Shown: positions 18,984 to 28,532, counted from the stretch's first letter. The stretch is 30,126 nucleotides of DNA from Methanotrichaceae archaeon (GCA_963748825.1 CAVVKN010000014.1:1-30126), one strand, 5' to 3'. Program-made: numbers and translations. Notes: a model not told the origin generated them from the sequence alone.

Positions 18984-20024
18984 TTACAATACAATAAATC
19001 CGTCCGCTGTTCTTACTACCTTTACATCTTCTCCAGGCTCAACCTGCAGATCCCTGGGACGAGCCGCGAAAGCTGCCCTGTAAGTCTCCGGGTCCATGAT
19101 CTCCAGAACGTCATCATCTTTGGATATCACCATCGCGGCACGCGCATCGGTAGTATTCCCCAAAATCGCCACCGTCTCTGAGTCCTCCTCGTTCATGGAA
19201 GACCTGCGGCGCTCTCGAATGGAGGAGATGAGCGTCGCCTTGCCGTCAAAGCCGGCCACAGAGAAGAGCGATCCCCGGAAGGATACAATGTCACCTCGCT
19301 TAAGTCTTGGGAACCTGACCAGTAGGGTAGAGCGGTAGACATTGCGGCTGTCCTTTTTGCCTACCAGTTTAGCCGTTTCCAGGAGCTTGCCGCCAAAGCG
19401 CTCGACAAATGCACGGGCCATGCGTCTGCCTAGCTGCGTTGAGCCCAGGATGATATCCAGACCGCCTTTGACCTCCTTCATCTCCTGGATAAAGGATAGA
19501 TGATCTCCCCCGTGATAACCGGAGTCGGCCATATCCTGGGCAGTCTTCTTGCACTCTTCGATCTCTCTCTCTGTCATGGATCGGACAGTATTTCCGCGTA
19601 GCTGGACTGTGGACTGAAAGTACTTGCCAGCCATGCGGCTACAGCGATCGCAGGCCATCAGCTTAATGCGGACAGGAATTTCGCATTGCTCGCTTATGCT
19701 CTGGCCTCTGAAACTGCCGTCGATATTGACTTTAGCCAGATATCGGGTGGCTCCAACTTTTCGGAGGTCAAGCTCAATCTGCGGCTCTGCCAACTCTTTA
19801 TGAAGACAAAGAGCATCTATTGCCGCTTGATGGGCCTGCTCCTCCACACAGCAGCTGTCTGGAAGCAGCCACCTGGATTTTACCTGCCGGGAGCCGCAAA
19901 CGGAACAGATGACCACCTCGACCTTGTCAGGATAGCTAACAAGCGTTGCTTTTTCCAGGGTGCATTGTTGGCAAAGCCCTTCAACTGTTGGCAGGCCGCA
20001 CCGATGACAGATGGCTTGCATCAC
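18984..20024 (-). CDS. nmd3: NMD3-family ribosome biogenesis protein
   Basis: Four CxxC pairs, CDRCSRMAGKYFQSTVQLRG, GGLDI and YRSTLLVR. Confidence 0.9.
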   Translation of the reverse strand: MMQAICHRCGLPTVEGLCQQCTLEKATLVSYPDKVEVVICSVCGSRQVKSRWLLPDSCCVEEQAHQAAIDALCLHKELAEPQIELDLRKVGATRYLAKVNIDGSFRGQSISEQCEIPVRIKLMACDRCSRMAGKYFQSTVQLRGNTVRSMTEREIEECKKTAQDMADSGYHGGDHLSFIQEMKEVKGGLDIILGSTQLGRRMARAFVERFGGKLLETAKLVGKKDSRNVYRSTLLVRFPRLKRGDIVSFRGSLFSVAGFDGKATLISSIRERRRSSMNEEDSETVAILGNTTDARAAMVISKDDDVLEIMDPETYRAAFAARPRDLQVEPGEDVKVVRTADGFIVL

Positions 20025-20312
20025 ATTCTCACCATCTGAGCGTAAAGAACTCCATTGATGGAGAGGACACAGTCTCTCTCCACGTAGCCCAGGGAGATGG
20101 CATGCTCGACGGTTTTGCAGCCCACGAAGTTGGCCATTGTTGCTGCAGCGAGTGCCGCCTCAACCTCGGAGCAGGAGGCTTTCTCGCCTCCGAAAAAATC
20201 AGGACTGACATCTATCTTAAGATGGCCTTCGTGCGAACTTCTTTCCCAGGATATCGCAGTCACAGACTGCAATGAGGGTATGTGCTCCGTGCTGGTGGCT
20301 TTTCAAATACAT
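20021..20312 (-). CDS. DUF424-family protein (+1 frameshift as sequenced near 20232)
   Basis: MYLKSH…LIAVCDCDILGKKFA in one frame continues as EGHLKIDVSPDFFGG…ANFVG…INGVLYAQ in the next. The span is 3n+1. Confidence 0.8.
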
Positions 20313-20401
20313 CTCTTTCCTTTCCGTATCTTCAGGCATATTGGACAATCGCAATCATTGTTTTGCTTGTATTTAACTTGTAGGATTGCGAATGACGAAT
20401 A

Positions 20402-21686
20402 TCGCTGACCGCGGGTCAGCGAGAGTTTCGACGAGAAGTCGAAACACCGGTAAGTCCCCATCCTTCAGGGTGGGGATGAACGCGGAGTCCTTTGCTCCTG
20501 CTTCAGCCTAACAATAACTATTTAACTTCATAATACAACCATCTAATAATGCTTAAAACGTATCGCTACAGGCTCAAACCTACAAAATCTCAGGTTACTA
20601 TCTTAGAACGGCAACTTGAGCTTTGCAGATTTGTCTATAATGATACGCTTGCATATCGAAAGAATGCTTGGGAATTTAAGCAAAGAACGGTCAAACGATT
20701 TGAGACTCAGGATAGATTACCTCAACTGAAGCTGGAGGTACCCGAACTCAAGGATGTCTATTCACTGGTTCTTCAGAATGTAGCTCTTAGGGTGGAACTG
20801 GCGTTCAAAGCGTTCTTCCGAAGGGTCAAGGCAGGAGAAGAACCAGGGTTTCCAAGGTTCAAAGGAAAGAGTAGATACGATAGCATCACGTACTCCCAAT
20901 CTGGTTTTGAGTTGGATTCCGAAATGCTCCATCTTTCCAAGATTGGAGATATCAAGATCAAGTTGCATAGGCCGATTGAAGGTAAGATTAAGACCTGTAC
21001 TATTCGCAGAATGCCAACTGGTAAATGGTTCGCTTGCTTCTCCGTCGAGATGGGAGCTATCCCACGGCCTCCTTGGAAAGATGGATCTGTTGTAGGAATC
21101 GATGTAGGCTTGGCGAGCTTTGCCACCCTCTCAAATGGCGAGAAGATTGATAATCCTAGATTCTTCCGAGAAGATGAGTTGGCATTAGCCAAAGCACAAA
21201 GCAAACGCGATAAGCTTCCTAATGGATCTTCTCTCAGACGAAAAGCGTCCAAAGTTGTGACTAGAATTCATGAACGAATCGGAGACAAGAGAGCCGATTT
21301 CTCCAATCAGGTTAGTCGCCAATTGGTTAACCGTTTTGGCGTAATAGTCTTTGAAGATCTTGATATTCAGAACATGCTCAAGAATCATCACCTGGCTAAA
21401 TCCATCTCGGACGTTGCATGGGGAATGCTGGTAAAAGCAACCGAGAGCAAAGCAGCATATGCTGGCTCCAAGGTTGTCCTGGTTGATCCCAAGTACACTT
21501 CTCAGATGTGTTCACGGTGCGGCATGATAGTCAAAAAAGATCTCTCTGAAAGAATCCATAGCTGCTCGGAATGTGGCTTGACTATGGACAGAGATCTCAA
21601 TGCAGCAATCAACATTCTCAGACTGGGGATGCAGTCTGTTCGCAAAAGCGATAGAAGCCCCGTCCTTTAGGGCGGGGAGCGTTCAC
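20402..21686 (+). mobile_element. IS200/IS605-family (IS1341-type, TnpB-only) insertion sequence
   Basis: Matching subterminal hairpins TCCCCATCC-TTCA-GGGTGGGGA (20455-20476) and CCCCGTCC-TTTA-GGGCGGGG (21658-21677). The right end finishes TTCAC at 21686. No tnpA. The left boundary is approximate. Confidence 0.85.
20549..21670 (+). CDS. tnpB: RNA-guided endonuclease TnpB
   Basis: HTH start YRYRLKP, RuvC residues GIDVG / VFEDL / DRDLNAAINI and zinc finger CSRCG…CSECG are all intact. Confidence 0.95.
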   Translation: MLKTYRYRLKPTKSQVTILERQLELCRFVYNDTLAYRKNAWEFKQRTVKRFETQDRLPQLKLEVPELKDVYSLVLQNVALRVELAFKAFFRRVKAGEEPGFPRFKGKSRYDSITYSQSGFELDSEMLHLSKIGDIKIKLHRPIEGKIKTCTIRRMPTGKWFACFSVEMGAIPRPPWKDGSVVGIDVGLASFATLSNGEKIDNPRFFREDELALAKAQSKRDKLPNGSSLRRKASKVVTRIHERIGDKRADFSNQVSRQLVNRFGVIVFEDLDIQNMLKNHHLAKSISDVAWGMLVKATESKAAYAGSKVVLVDPKYTSQMCSRCGMIVKKDLSERIHSCSECGLTMDRDLNAAINILRLGMQSVRKSDRSPVL

Positions 21687-24325
21687 GGCAGCTTCAACAT
21701 TCCCGGCCTAGGCTCAAATACGTCCCCATCTCTTCTCATGCGGTCGATGATCTCTTCCGCTTTAGCTCTTTCTATGCCCAGCTCCTCGGCCCTATCCAGG
21801 ACGGCGTCCCTGGGGGCCGGGCCCTGTTGTTCTTTGCTCACATCCCTTATGATGTCGATCACCGATTTAGTTCTATCTCTGGTGCTCTTGGTGGTACCTG
21901 AGGCAATGATGTCCGCATCCAAAAAGCCCGTCTCCGGATCGACGCCTACTTTTCTTAGGCATGCTTCCAGGATCTTGACTACCCGCTTGGCATCATCCAG
22001 GGTGACTTTATCGGAGAGGCGAAGGCGAGCGCTTGCCTCACCCAGGCGTATCAGCGCCTCCAGTTGCCTGGCAGTGACAGGCACAGGCTTGTTTGTATCC
22101 TGCCCCTGGCTCCGGAGACCCACGTAGTACTTGAGGAAGTATTCTTTGGCCTCCTCGCTTAAGGTTGGGAAGATGTTCTTTCGGGCATAGGCCACGTACT
22201 TTCGCAGCATCTCCGGATCAATGACCGGCATTATCACCATCAGGGCGTTGTCGATGTCCTCTTGAGAAATATCCTGGTTCCAGGCAGCTTGGGTAGCCAG
22301 CTCTCCGGCATAGTTGCTCTTCAGGATGTGCTGGGCAATGGCAGAATCCCTCTTGGTGTCCGGATCGTCGGTCAAAACGAAGATCAGATCGAAACGGGAC
22401 ATGAGTGCAGGGGTGAGGTTGATCTGAGGGGCGATGGGCTCGTACTTGTCGAAGCGGCCAAGCTTGGGATTGGCGGCGGCGAGCAGCGAGCAGCGGGACT
22501 TGAGGGTGGCCATGACTCCTGCCTTGGCGACGCTGATAGTGTTGTGCAGAATAAGGCCCTGGGAGACGAATGTGTGGGTGGGCTCGACAGTTAGGTCATA
22601 AACGAAATCTGCATAGTGCTCGTCCTGGTTAGGGACGATTTTTACATCGATGATTTTCAGATATCCGATCTCACAAAATGAAGCATTTTCAGATTTATCT
22701 TGCCTTTGTTTTTCTCTATCATCCGACATTTCTGACATCGATTTCGGTGCAGGGGCAAGATCTCCTGTTTTGATCTGGCAGGCTGGGATGCAAGCAATCC
22801 CATCATTGGCTAAATAAACAGGATGCTCTGGTGTGACAAGAATCTCACTGCCATTAGAATAAATGATTCTTATGAAGTGGTCAGGGGCCCGGTGCCTGCT
22901 CACTCTATCAACCGGCAGATCGAAGATACTGCTCATGTCGGTGCTTCTTATTTTGATATCCTCATTAAGCGGCAGTATCTCGCAGTCCTTTCCGGGAATT
23001 ATCTCCAAAGGCCGATCCATCATCAGCCTGTCTACAAACTCGCCGATGCGCACCTTTCGTCCGTCTGCCAGCTGGATCTCTGTCAGAGGATGATAGCTTT
23101 GCTGCTCCATCGCTTCGTGCAGCGCACTCTTGTCCTCATTGTCCATCTTGTCCATCTCGTCTATGGCGGCGATGCCCTTGTCCGCCAGGACCAGCGCTCC
23201 GGCCTCGATGGTCCAACGACCGTCGCCCAGCTCGTCCTTGACCGCTGTAGCTGTCAGACCGGCTGAGGTGGAGCTCTTGCCCGAAGTGTAGATGCCGCGA
23301 GGCGAGATCTTGATCATGTAGCGCAGGAGCTGAGATTTGGCTATGCCCGGATCGCCCACCAGCAGAATGTGGATGTCGCCGCGAATGCGCGCTCCGTCCG
23401 GCAGGTGCTTTTCGAAGCCAGAGACCAGCTGCAGCGCTAACGCCTCTTTCACATCGTCGTAGCCGTAGATGGAGGGAGCGATGGATCCCCTGATCTTTTC
23501 GTAGATCTCCGGGTCACAGGACATATCTAAGATCTGCTTCTCCTCCTCGGGATCGATCTCAATCTCCTCGAACTCCTGCTCGGTCATCTCCACACTGATG
23601 CCTTTGTGAACGAGGTCGAAGTAGGTGCTCTTGCCCTGCTGGGGAGAGGAACGCTGGTATGACTTGAGTATGCCATTGACGATGACTCGATCTCCGGGAA
23701 AGATCCTTCCGGCCAGGTCGTCCTCCAGCTCGACGTCGAGCGTCTGCGGCTGCGCTCCGCCCCGCAGGTCCTCAGGGGACTCCTGCACTCTTATTTTTTG
23801 GGCATCCACGAACTTGGACTGGGCGAGCAAGAGCTTGAAGGGCCCGCCCCGGTCGCAGGCCTGGTTCATGCACTTGAGGCTCTGATCCTCGAATTTGTTG
23901 CCCGTCTGCTCCTTGAAGAAGGTGAAGCCGCACCTCTGGCACTGGAAGGCGGCAGAGATGATCTTGGGCCGAACCTCGGTGGCTGTCCGCACCAGACCGT
24001 CGATGGCCAGCAATTTGCCGATGTGATCGCTTCTTAGCTCCCGGGTCTTGAAATGGCGGGGCAGCTCGATAATGCGCACATGGGCCCGGTCCATGTAGAC
24101 ATCCATGGGCAGGTCCAGCTCCAGGAGGGCAGCGTGGGCCGCCTCCAGGATCTGCTCCGGATTTTCCAGCAGCTCCTCGGCGAATTCGGAATCGAACCTG
24201 TCAATGTCTGAGAAGCGAATCTTCAGGCTGCGCTCGTCGGGGTAGGAGTCGGCCAGCTTCAGCAACTCATCCCAGTAACGGGAGCGGAGGAACTCCGCCC
24301 ATTTGGCGACAGGATCGGCGGGCAT
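21683..24325 (-). CDS. mcm: Replicative helicase MCM (intein-containing)
   Basis: Zn finger CQRC…C…C, Walker A GDPGIAKSQ, IDEMDKM, ALMSRFD and TARQLEALIRL. Confidence 0.97.
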   Translation of the reverse strand: MPADPVAKWAEFLRSRYWDELLKLADSYPDERSLKIRFSDIDRFDSEFAEELLENPEQILEAAHAALLELDLPMDVYMDRAHVRIIELPRHFKTRELRSDHIGKLLAIDGLVRTATEVRPKIISAAFQCQRCGFTFFKEQTGNKFEDQSLKCMNQACDRGGPFKLLLAQSKFVDAQKIRVQESPEDLRGGAQPQTLDVELEDDLAGRIFPGDRVIVNGILKSYQRSSPQQGKSTYFDLVHKGISVEMTEQEFEEIEIDPEEEKQILDMSCDPEIYEKIRGSIAPSIYGYDDVKEALALQLVSGFEKHLPDGARIRGDIHILLVGDPGIAKSQLLRYMIKISPRGIYTSGKSSTSAGLTATAVKDELGDGRWTIEAGALVLADKGIAAIDEMDKMDNEDKSALHEAMEQQSYHPLTEIQLADGRKVRIGEFVDRLMMDRPLEIIPGKDCEILPLNEDIKIRSTDMSSIFDLPVDRVSRHRAPDHFIRIIYSNGSEILVTPEHPVYLANDGIACIPACQIKTGDLAPAPKSMSEMSDDREKQRQDKSENASFCEIGYLKIIDVKIVPNQDEHYADFVYDLTVEPTHTFVSQGLILHNTISVAKAGVMATLKSRCSLLAAANPKLGRFDKYEPIAPQINLTPALMSRFDLIFVLTDDPDTKRDSAIAQHILKSNYAGELATQAAWNQDISQEDIDNALMVIMPVIDPEMLRKYVAYARKNIFPTLSEEAKEYFLKYYVGLRSQGQDTNKPVPVTARQLEALIRLGEASARLRLSDKVTLDDAKRVVKILEACLRKVGVDPETGFLDADIIASGTTKSTRDRTKSVIDIIRDVSKEQQGPAPRDAVLDRAEELGIERAKAEEIIDRMRRDGDVFEPRPGMLKLP
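22541..23098 (-). other. Mini-intein (186 aa, no homing endonuclease) in MCM
   Basis: The insertion splits EAMEQQ|TISVAKAG. It begins SYHPLTEI, has block B VTPEHP and block F/G VYDLTVEPTHTF…LHN, followed by Thr. Confidence 0.93.
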
Positions 24326-24497
24326 TTATGGGCTTGTGGTAAGAAGACAAAGTATCTAAAGCTATGCGGTGCGGGGCGAAAGAAATCCAGATATGGATCA
24401 AAGGATGCTGAAAATGAAATGTTTCGGAGGGCTCTGCCTCCTTGCCCACCATGCGTTCAGATGCATGCAAAGCAAACCGTGACCCCAGCGCCCCGAC

Positions 24498-25442
24498 CTA
24501 TTCGCCCCCCAATATCTCCCGAATCGCCTTCTGGCTCTCCTCCGGCGTCCCTCTGGTGTTGACCTCATGCACCTTCGCCCGGGCGAAGAGCGCCCGGAAG
24601 AAGTGGCTTCTCAGGTGGCTCTTGAAGTCGCTTTTCACCAGCAGGTGCGGATTGAAGTAGCCGTTTGCCTCCAGTATTGCCAGAGCCTCCCTGGCCTCCA
24701 GCTCCCGCACCGTCTCCTCCTGCCCAGGATCGCGCTTGAGGATGATCACATTCTCTAAAGTTGTGAGCGGCAGGATGCGTCCCTTGCCTATCACCCAGCG
24801 AAGGTCCACCACCGCCCGCCCTTTCTCGTCGAAGACTGCTTTATCGACAAGCCCGGAAAACTCCTTCCAGATATCCGCCAGATCGGCGCGAATGTAGAAG
24901 TTCTTCTCCGATCCATAGGCCAGGATCTCCTCGCCAAAGATCCGGGCAAAGAACCAGTCGTCGGAGACGACGCGCGCTCTGGGACTCCTCAGCAGGCCGT
25001 AGGTGTGGGTGGTCTTGCCCGCCCCGGATCCGCCTAAAATGCAAACCCCCTGGCCCCGTATATCCAGACAGGCCCCGTGCACTGAGTAGATGCCGTGATT
25101 GTCCTCCAGGATGTCTCCGGCCACAGAGAGCGCCAGGGACTTTATCCATCCGTAGTAGTCCATGTTGAATAAAAAGCAGCTCTTGGAATGGGGATCGTAG
25201 TAAACCTGGTTCTCACCAAGGGACTTGTCCTCCAGAACATAAAGCCGCCCGTGGGAGCGAACGTTCTGGGATGCAAAATAGAAGCTCTCTTCCCATGCAT
25301 TCTTGACGGAAGAGCTGCCCGTGAGAAGCTTGATACAGCATCCGTAAATCTCCGACTTGATCTCGTAGAGCACCCTGTCTGCATATTGCTCAACTAGCTT
25401 TTCCTTCTGCTCCATAGATATGATCTCTACCGCATAAGCCAT
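24498..25442 (-). CDS. HprK/PEP-carboxykinase-like P-loop protein of unknown function
   Basis: HGAC…ILGGSGAGKTT…VSDDW. The His, Walker A and DD arrangement is shared by HprK and PEPCK nucleotide-binding domains. Confidence 0.65.
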   Translation of the reverse strand: MAYAVEIISMEQKEKLVEQYADRVLYEIKSEIYGCCIKLLTGSSSVKNAWEESFYFASQNVRSHGRLYVLEDKSLGENQVYYDPHSKSCFLFNMDYYGWIKSLALSVAGDILEDNHGIYSVHGACLDIRGQGVCILGGSGAGKTTHTYGLLRSPRARVVSDDWFFARIFGEEILAYGSEKNFYIRADLADIWKEFSGLVDKAVFDEKGRAVVDLRWVIGKGRILPLTTLENVIILKRDPGQEETVRELEAREALAILEANGYFNPHLLVKSDFKSHLRSHFFRALFARAKVHEVNTRGTPEESQKAIREILGGE

Positions 25443-25466
25443 CCCCAACACTCCATTAAAAATTCC

Positions 25467-25509
25467 CTCTACGTGCGTTCTCTGCGCGCTCTGTGACTCT
25501 GTGGTTAAA
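25467..25509. repeat. Short degenerate CTCTG(T/C)G tandem motif, REP-like
   Basis: CTCTACGTG-CGTTCTCTGCG-CGCTCTGTG-ACTCTGTGGTTAAA in the gap between gpmA and the P-loop gene. Confidence 0.4.
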
Positions 25510-25516
25510 TTCCGTC

Positions 25517-26236
25517 TTATTTTCCTTTTTGCCGGCCATCCGGCGCGCTTCCCAGATAGCGGCGGCCCACCAGACGCATCTGATCATCCAGCTCGTAGAC
25601 CAGGGGCTGCGCCGTGGCGATTTCCACATTTTCGATCTCCTGATCAGAGATGTTTTCCAGATGCTTCACCAGGGCGCGGACGGTGTTGCCGTGCGAGACA
25701 ACCAGGACATTCTTGCCCTTCTGCAGCTCCGGAGCAATCAAGGCCCGCCAGAAGGGCAGCACGCGCTCCTGCGTGTCTTGCAGGGATTCCGTCCTGGGCA
25801 GCAGGCTCTCCTGCACATCCCGGTAGCGCGCATCCATGCCGGGATAGCGATCGTCATCCACGGAAACAGCGGGTGGCCGCTCTGAAAAGTCCCTCCTCCA
25901 CATCTGAACCTGCGCGCACCCGTACATCTTTTCCATCTCTGCCTTGCTCTTCCCCTGCAGATCTCCGTAAAAGCGCTCGTTGAGCCGCCAGCAGGGCAGA
26001 GCCGGAATCCACATCAGATCCATCTCATCCAGCACGATCCACAGCGTTCTGATGGCACGCTTTAAAACTGAGGTAAAGGCGATGTCAAAGGAAAGGCCGG
26101 AGCTCTTCATGAGCCATCCGGCCTCACCGGCCTCAGCTCTGCCCCTCTCGGAGAGATCAATATCCATCCAGCCTGTGAACCTGCCTTCCAGGTTGAAGAG
26201 GCTCTGGCCATGCCGCAGCAATACCAGCTTCGCCAT
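25517..26236 (-). CDS. gpmA: 2,3-bisphosphoglycerate-dependent phosphoglycerate mutase
   Basis: LVLLRHGQS…NLEGRFTGW, LNERFYGDLQG, ESLQDT…R and SHGNTVRALVK. Confidence 0.95.
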   Translation of the reverse strand: MAKLVLLRHGQSLFNLEGRFTGWMDIDLSERGRAEAGEAGWLMKSSGLSFDIAFTSVLKRAIRTLWIVLDEMDLMWIPALPCWRLNERFYGDLQGKSKAEMEKMYGCAQVQMWRRDFSERPPAVSVDDDRYPGMDARYRDVQESLLPRTESLQDTQERVLPFWRALIAPELQKGKNVLVVSHGNTVRALVKHLENISDQEIENVEIATAQPLVYELDDQMRLVGRRYLGSAPDGRQKGK

Positions 26237-26267
26237 TTAAGTTCCCCTCTGGCATCGTCTCCCAGAG

Positions 26268-27218
26268 TTAGTCTCCTCCCCGGTAGATCTTGTAGGCCTC
26301 ATCAACGCTGGCATTCTCCACGGTTATAGCGTAAATGGCATTGCAAAGGCGCACTGCCTCTGCCAGAGGCCTCTGGTGGATGTTTCGGCCTGTGGCATTT
26401 CCGGCCGCGCCGCTGATATGGATCTGGTCATGAAGCCTCTGCAAAAATTCTCGCGCATCGGTGCTTTCCCCACCGGCGCAGACAACCCTGGTGCGACCCG
26501 CTGCCGCCGCAACCTCCCGGAAGATCAAAGCCGAATCCTGGCCCACTTTCTGAGGATAGTTGACCTTGACAAAGTCAGAGCCAAGTGTTGCGGCCACGCC
26601 AGCAGCACCGGCGATGAGGTGAGGATCCTTCTCGTCCTTCACCGCTTTTCCGCGGGGGTAGATCCAGAGCACCGTCACCAGTCCCGCTTGATGGGCCTGG
26701 AAGACCAACTGTGCCGCCTCGCGAAGCATCGCTCCTTCGTGCTCGCTTCCCAGATAGATGGTATAGCCCACGCCCAAAATGTCCAGTCCACAGCTCTCCT
26801 TAAAATCAACAACCTGTCTTACATCGATCCACTGCGGACTGCAGGGATCTGCCTGGGCCGTCTTCACCAGATTGGTCTTGGAGTTCAGCTTCACCAAGTA
26901 AGGCACATTGGAATAGTCCATGCCGTAGCGAGCGATGAGGCCGAGCTGAGCGGCAAAGACGCCGATATTGCCTTCCGCAGCAATACGGAAAAGATGCTCG
27001 GGATCGTTATCTTGCGGGTCTATCCCCGGCCCAAAGAAATCGTCATTGAGATGCTCTGCTTTCTGATCTCCGGCAAAGAGCATCAACCGACCGCTGCCTT
27101 TGGTGATCTTTAGGTAGTTATCCTTGTATTTGGAGCGGCTCTCTTCCGGCACATCCAGAGGAACTATGATATTTTCTGCCATTTCACTCACCCCTTTTTC
27201 CGCCTTCTGCTCGCTCAT
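26268..27218 (-). CDS. Class I (DhnA-type) fructose-bisphosphate aldolase
   Basis: LFAGDQKAEH, GYTIYLGSE, LWIYPRG, DFVKVNYP (Schiff-base Lys) and GRNIHQ. Confidence 0.9.
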   Translation of the reverse strand: MSEQKAEKGVSEMAENIIVPLDVPEESRSKYKDNYLKITKGSGRLMLFAGDQKAEHLNDDFFGPGIDPQDNDPEHLFRIAAEGNIGVFAAQLGLIARYGMDYSNVPYLVKLNSKTNLVKTAQADPCSPQWIDVRQVVDFKESCGLDILGVGYTIYLGSEHEGAMLREAAQLVFQAHQAGLVTVLWIYPRGKAVKDEKDPHLIAGAAGVAATLGSDFVKVNYPQKVGQDSALIFREVAAAAGRTRVVCAGGESTDAREFLQRLHDQIHISGAAGNATGRNIHQRPLAEAVRLCNAIYAITVENASVDEAYKIYRGGD

Positions 27219-28153
27219 GCTCTCTCGGAAAGCACGGTCAGCTTCACCTGTGGCACCAACCGCTCGAAATCATCCTTCTGGGCCAGCGCCGTCCCCTGAT
27301 ACAAAGTGGTAGCCGTTCCGGCTGCTGCAGCATAGACCAGGCACTCTTTCAGGCTCTTGCCCTGCATCAGGCCGCTTATGAATCCTGCCACTGAGGAGTC
27401 TCCCGCTCCAATGGTACTCTGCACATCCACGTAGGGAGGTACGGCCAGATACTCATGGCCTTCCGAGACCAGCAGGATGCCTTTTCCCCCCATGGATACA
27501 AGAACGATCTTCACGCCCTGCCGGTTGATCTCTCTGGCGGCAGCGCAAATCTCATCCAGCCCCTTGAGCTCTCGGCCCACCAGCTCAGACAGCTCATGAA
27601 TATTGGGCTTGATGACATCTGGTCGGGCCAGAATTCCCGCGCGAAGGGCTTCGCCATCAACATCCAGCACCACAGTGGACTGGCATTTTTTTACTATTGT
27701 TATTATCTTTCTGTAAATCTCAGGAGTAACGCCCAGGGGAAGACTGCCTCCGATGGCCACCAGATCGCTGCAGGGCAGCCTCTCCAGCAGCTCCACGAAC
27801 TCCATAATCTCTGACGGCTTTATCTCCGGGCCGCGAGCATTGAAGGCTAGCTGCTTTGCCGTTTCCTTCTCATGGATGATAATGTTCGTGCGCGTCTCAC
27901 CCGAGACATGAACAAAATCCGTCTGAATGCCCTCGTTGAGCAATCTACCCTCCAGCTCCCGGCCAGCGAAGCCTCCCACGAATCCTAAAGCGATGTTGTC
28001 CACTCCCAGGTTCTTAAGCACTTTAGAGACATCAACGCTTTTGCCTCCTGCGAAGCTCTTCTCCTCCAAGATACGGTTGGACACATCGTCGCGTACCTTT
28101 TGAATCCAAAGGGTGCGGTCCAGTGCCGGATTGAGAGTAATCGTGTAGATCAT
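27215..28153 (-). CDS. pfkB: PfkB-family 1-phosphofructokinase-like hexose-phosphate kinase
   Basis: MIYTITLNPALD, GGKSVDVS, TRTN, IKPNIHEL and STIGAGDSSVAG. Start ATG 28153. Confidence 0.9.
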   Translation of the reverse strand: MIYTITLNPALDRTLWIQKVRDDVSNRILEEKSFAGGKSVDVSKVLKNLGVDNIALGFVGGFAGRELEGRLLNEGIQTDFVHVSGETRTNIIIHEKETAKQLAFNARGPEIKPSEIMEFVELLERLPCSDLVAIGGSLPLGVTPEIYRKIITIVKKCQSTVVLDVDGEALRAGILARPDVIKPNIHELSELVGRELKGLDEICAAAREINRQGVKIVLVSMGGKGILLVSEGHEYLAVPPYVDVQSTIGAGDSSVAGFISGLMQGKSLKECLVYAAAAGTATTLYQGTALAQKDDFERLVPQVKLTVLSERA

Positions 28154-28297
28154 GAGGGAGTACTTTCTGCGGCAAATGTATTGACTCTTTTGCCCGGGCC
28201 CGGCCGTGCAGCCGCAAGAAAAAGCCCGGCTTTGAATTCCTTCGGCAATTGCCATTAGTAGAAACTATTATATACGTTGATGACCGTATTGGATGTA

Positions 28298-28353
28298 GGC
28301 AAAGGTCAAGCCAGATCAAATCCCTCCTATTCATTGACTTTTGCTCCCCCTCC
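28298..28353 (+). ncRNA. Putative anti-Shine-Dalgarno hairpin sRNA, copy 1
   Basis: GGCAAAGGTCAA/TTGACTTTTGCT stem, loop containing AATCCCTCCT, C-rich tail. GAAA…TTATATA starts 30 nt upstream (28268). Confidence 0.65.
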
Positions 28354-28477
28354 TAATTATAACATAATTCGGCATGCCCTGCGGAAAACGGCTTTTGAGG
28401 ACTCTACCGTTTTGGATTCTAGAGCTTTTTGAAGGCCACCGAAAGGCTTATAACGTCATATGTCGGAGTCAGTTTAA

Positions 28478-28532
28478 GGCAAAAGTCGACGACCATCAAT
28501 CCCTCCTACAAGTGGACTTTTGCCCTCCCTCC
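28478..28532 (+). ncRNA. Putative anti-Shine-Dalgarno hairpin sRNA, copy 2
   Basis: GGCAAAAGTC/GACTTTTGCC stem, loop containing AATCCCTCCT, tail CTCCCTCC. CCGAAAGGC-TTATAA starts 30 nt upstream (28448). Confidence 0.65.

Noticed and set aside
183-27814. Numerous long + strand ORFs (e.g. 17817..18539, 26376..27113, 10157..10807)
   Set aside because: They are antisense shadows of well-supported minus-strand genes in GC-rich coding sequence and have no motifs of their own.
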